Below, in pieces: positions 61,671 through 64,000 of a stretch of 64,000 nt of DNA (position 1 is the stretch's first letter; each line of letters opens with the position of its first letter). The stretch is from a virus (lineage: Duplodnaviria; Caudoviricetes): positions 3,678 to 67,677 of the IMG/VR virus record IMGVR_UViG_3300003320_000468; one strand, written 5' to 3'. A program made the translations under genes and the position numbers. The notes beneath the pieces were generated by a model that had not been told where the DNA came from, made no database searches, and saw nothing but the letters and a program-made list of their open reading frames with translations.

Positions 61671-63188
61671 GTGGTGGACACCCTCTCCCCGTGGGAAGCC
61701 GCCGCCCGGCACTTCGAGCCACGCGAGGCCCTGTGGCCCACGCCGGGGGCGATGGCCGCCGAGCTGGACCCGACGACGATGCAGACGCCGGCGCTCGACC
61801 TGATCGACGCCGCGCTGGTAGATGTTGCTGAGGGCCGAACGAAGCGTCTCGCGATCTCGCTCCCGCCGCAGGAGGGGAAGAGCCAGCGCGTGTCGCGGCG
61901 GTTCCCGCTGTGGCTGCTGACCCGCGACCCGGATCTGCGGATCGTCATCGCCTCGTACGAGCTGGGTGTGGCCCGACGCTGGGGCCGGGACATCCGCAAC
62001 GACATCGCCACCCACGACGGCCTCCTGGACATCGCGGTGCGGCACGATACGTCCGCGGCGCACGAATGGCAGCTTGAAGGCTACCGGGGTGGATGTTACG
62101 CGTGTGGCATCGGAGGTGCCCTGACTGGGCGGCCCGCCGACCTGCTCGTGATCGATGACCCGCACAAGAACCGCAAGGACGCCGACTCGCTCCTCCAGCG
62201 GAACGCCGTGTGGGACTGGTGGACCGACACCGCCCGCACCCGCCTCTCACCTGAAGCGCCCGTCGTGGTTATCCAGACGCGCTGGCACGAAGACGATTTG
62301 ACCGGCAGGTTGATCGCCGACAACCCCGGCGAGTGGACGGTCCTCAACATCCCCGCGCAGGCGAACCACCGGCCCGAGAAGGGCCAGACTGATCCGCTCG
62401 GCCGCGCCCCCGGGGTCTATCTCGAATCGACGCGTGGGCGTGAGAAGCCCCGCCCCGCCGGGACGTGCAGGCGCCACCCCGACTGGGCGTGCTGCGACTG
62501 GGACGACATCAAAGCCGACGTCCAGGACCGCACGTGGGAAGCCCTCTACCAAGGCGAACCGGCACCGCCCACGGGTTCGGTGTTCAAGTTCGCGTGGTGG
62601 ACGTACTACGAGCAGCCGCAATGGATCGACCACGGCGAGCACTACACCGCGCTGGGGTTCGACGAGGTCATCCAGTCGTGGGACCTCGCGTTCAAGGACT
62701 CCGACGGCTCCGACTTCGTGTGCGGGCAGGTGTGGGGCCGCCGCGGCATCGACGCGTGGCTCCTCGACCAGGTCCACGCACGCATGGACTTCGTGACCAC
62801 CTGCGAAGCGGTCGTTGAGCTGTCGCAGCGGTGGCCGCAGGCGGTCGCGAAGCTCATCGAGGACAAAGCGAACGGCCCGGCCGTGATCAACCAGTTGCGG
62901 CGCACCGTCCCCGGGCTGATCCCCATCGAGCCCGACGGATCGAAGGTCGCGCGCGCCGCCGCGGTCTCCCCGCTCGTGCAGGCCGGGAACATCCACCTCC
63001 CCGCGAAAGCCCTCGCCCCTTGGGTGGACGGGTTCGTGCAGGAGGCGACGTCGTTCCCGACGTCCCCGCACGACGACCGTGTCGACGCCATGTCCCAGGC
63101 CCTCAACCGGCTGCTCATCAACCCGATCCTCCTCGACGACGACGTGTTCGAAGACGAGGACGCGGAGCAGTCCATCAGCCTCTACTAG
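61671..63188 (+). CDS. terminase large subunit
   Basis: PPQEGKS, LLVIDDP, QTRWHEDD, SWDLAF, IEDKANG, HDDRVDA. Confidence 0.95.
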   Translation: MVDTLSPWEAAARHFEPREALWPTPGAMAAELDPTTMQTPALDLIDAALVDVAEGRTKRLAISLPPQEGKSQRVSRRFPLWLLTRDPDLRIVIASYELGVARRWGRDIRNDIATHDGLLDIAVRHDTSAAHEWQLEGYRGGCYACGIGGALTGRPADLLVIDDPHKNRKDADSLLQRNAVWDWWTDTARTRLSPEAPVVVIQTRWHEDDLTGRLIADNPGEWTVLNIPAQANHRPEKGQTDPLGRAPGVYLESTRGREKPRPAGTCRRHPDWACCDWDDIKADVQDRTWEALYQGEPAPPTGSVFKFAWWTYYEQPQWIDHGEHYTALGFDEVIQSWDLAFKDSDGSDFVCGQVWGRRGIDAWLLDQVHARMDFVTTCEAVVELSQRWPQAVAKLIEDKANGPAVINQLRRTVPGLIPIEPDGSKVARAAAVSPLVQAGNIHLPAKALAPWVDGFVQEATSFPTSPHDDRVDAMSQALNRLLINPILLDDDVFEDEDAEQSISLY

Positions 63189-63200
63189 GAGGGGGCGAGC

Positions 63201-64000
63201 ATGGCCCTGCCGGTCCCCGTCCAACGCGCCGTCGAAGCCGTGCAGTCGCGTGTGGTCGCCCCGATCCGGGACCGGATCGTCGCTCCCATCCGCGAGCAGC
63301 TCTCGGTGGAGCGCAACGAGGTCCAGCGGCTCAACGAGTCGGTCGCCGACCTGCAACGGCAGCTCTACGAGCCCGGGTGGGTCAGCTACGTTGCCGCGAC
63401 CGAGCAGGAGTTCTCCCCCGAGGGGCTGCGGCAGATGCGGATGATCTGCCGCCTGTTCACTCTCAAGAACCCGCTCCTCAAGAGGGGCGCGGCACTCCGG
63501 TCCGCGTACGTGTGGGGCCAGGGCGTGGAGATCACCGCCCGCGCCAACGGCAAGAAGCGCGGCGAGCAGGACGTCCAGAAGGTCGTCTCGGCGTTTCTGA
63601 CCGACCCGGGGAACCAGCGGGTCCTCACCTCCGCGCAAGCGCAGAACGAGCTCGAACACACCCTGTTCCACGACGGCGAGAAGTTCCTCGCCCTGTTCAC
63701 CAACCCCCGCACCGGCCGCGTCCAGATCCGGGCGCTTCCCGCCGACGAGATCTACGACGTCCTCACCAACCCCGAGGACGCCTCCGAACCCTGGTTCTAC
63801 CGGCGCCGGTGGACGCAGGTCACCGACATGGCCGACGGCTCCCAGGTGACTGAGGTCCGCGATGAGCTGTACCCGTCGATCGACTACCGTCCCGCCACCC
63901 GCCGTGGCCGATACGCGAACCTGCCGGTCCGGTGGGATGCGCCGGTCTACCACGAGGCCGTGAACAAGCCGTCCGACCGGACGCGTATGCGGCGATCGAC
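63201..64000 (+). CDS. portal protein (3' partial)
   Basis: GGAGGGGG RBS; directly after TerL; NPLLKRG..YVWGQG..DGE.F; open to window end. Confidence 0.8.
   Translation, partial: MALPVPVQRAVEAVQSRVVAPIRDRIVAPIREQLSVERNEVQRLNESVADLQRQLYEPGWVSYVAATEQEFSPEGLRQMRMICRLFTLKNPLLKRGAALRSAYVWGQGVEITARANGKKRGEQDVQKVVSAFLTDPGNQRVLTSAQAQNELEHTLFHDGEKFLALFTNPRTGRVQIRALPADEIYDVLTNPEDASEPWFYRRRWTQVTDMADGSQVTEVRDELYPSIDYRPATRRGRYANLPVRWDAPVYHEAVNKPSDRTRMRRS

Noticed and set aside
1-64000. CRISPR array, IS elements, rRNA, ParAB partition genes, retron or DGR reverse transcriptase
   Set aside because: No repeat-spacer periodicity, transposase, rRNA, ParA-type or reverse-transcriptase motifs recognised.

Overview
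This window is almost the whole genome of a high-GC temperate siphovirus of an actinomycete host. It reads as circularly permuted: it opens inside the head scaffold/protease gene and ends inside the portal gene, and no host DNA flanks the central serine integrase. Order: head genes, with a GT32 glycosyltransferase / FkbM methyltransferase / GT-A cluster directly after the major capsid gene (1-4.5 kb); neck and tail genes with a -1 frameshifted chaperone (4.5-17.2 kb); HNH and lysis cassette (17.5-20.7 kb); a low-GC two-gene HicAB-like moron (21 kb); a leftward operon resembling the conjugal transfer/spread module of actinomycete plasmids and AICEs (TraB/FtsK translocase, Spd-like membrane proteins, DUF5706-like protein, Nudix; 21.7-30.2 kb); dcd, a DUF397/XRE-DUF5753 pair, serine integrase, repressor/Cro switch and tRNA-Met (30.3-37.3 kb); recombination, replication and methylase genes (37.4-60.9 kb); a tRNA-Leu-shaped RNA whose anticodon loop is only 4 nt (60896-60980); and terminase and portal (61-64 kb). 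The best candidates for undescribed biology are the TraB/Spd module inside a tailed phage, the anticodon-less tRNA and the capsid-linked glycosylation cluster. All family assignments come from motif recognition by eye; no searches were run.
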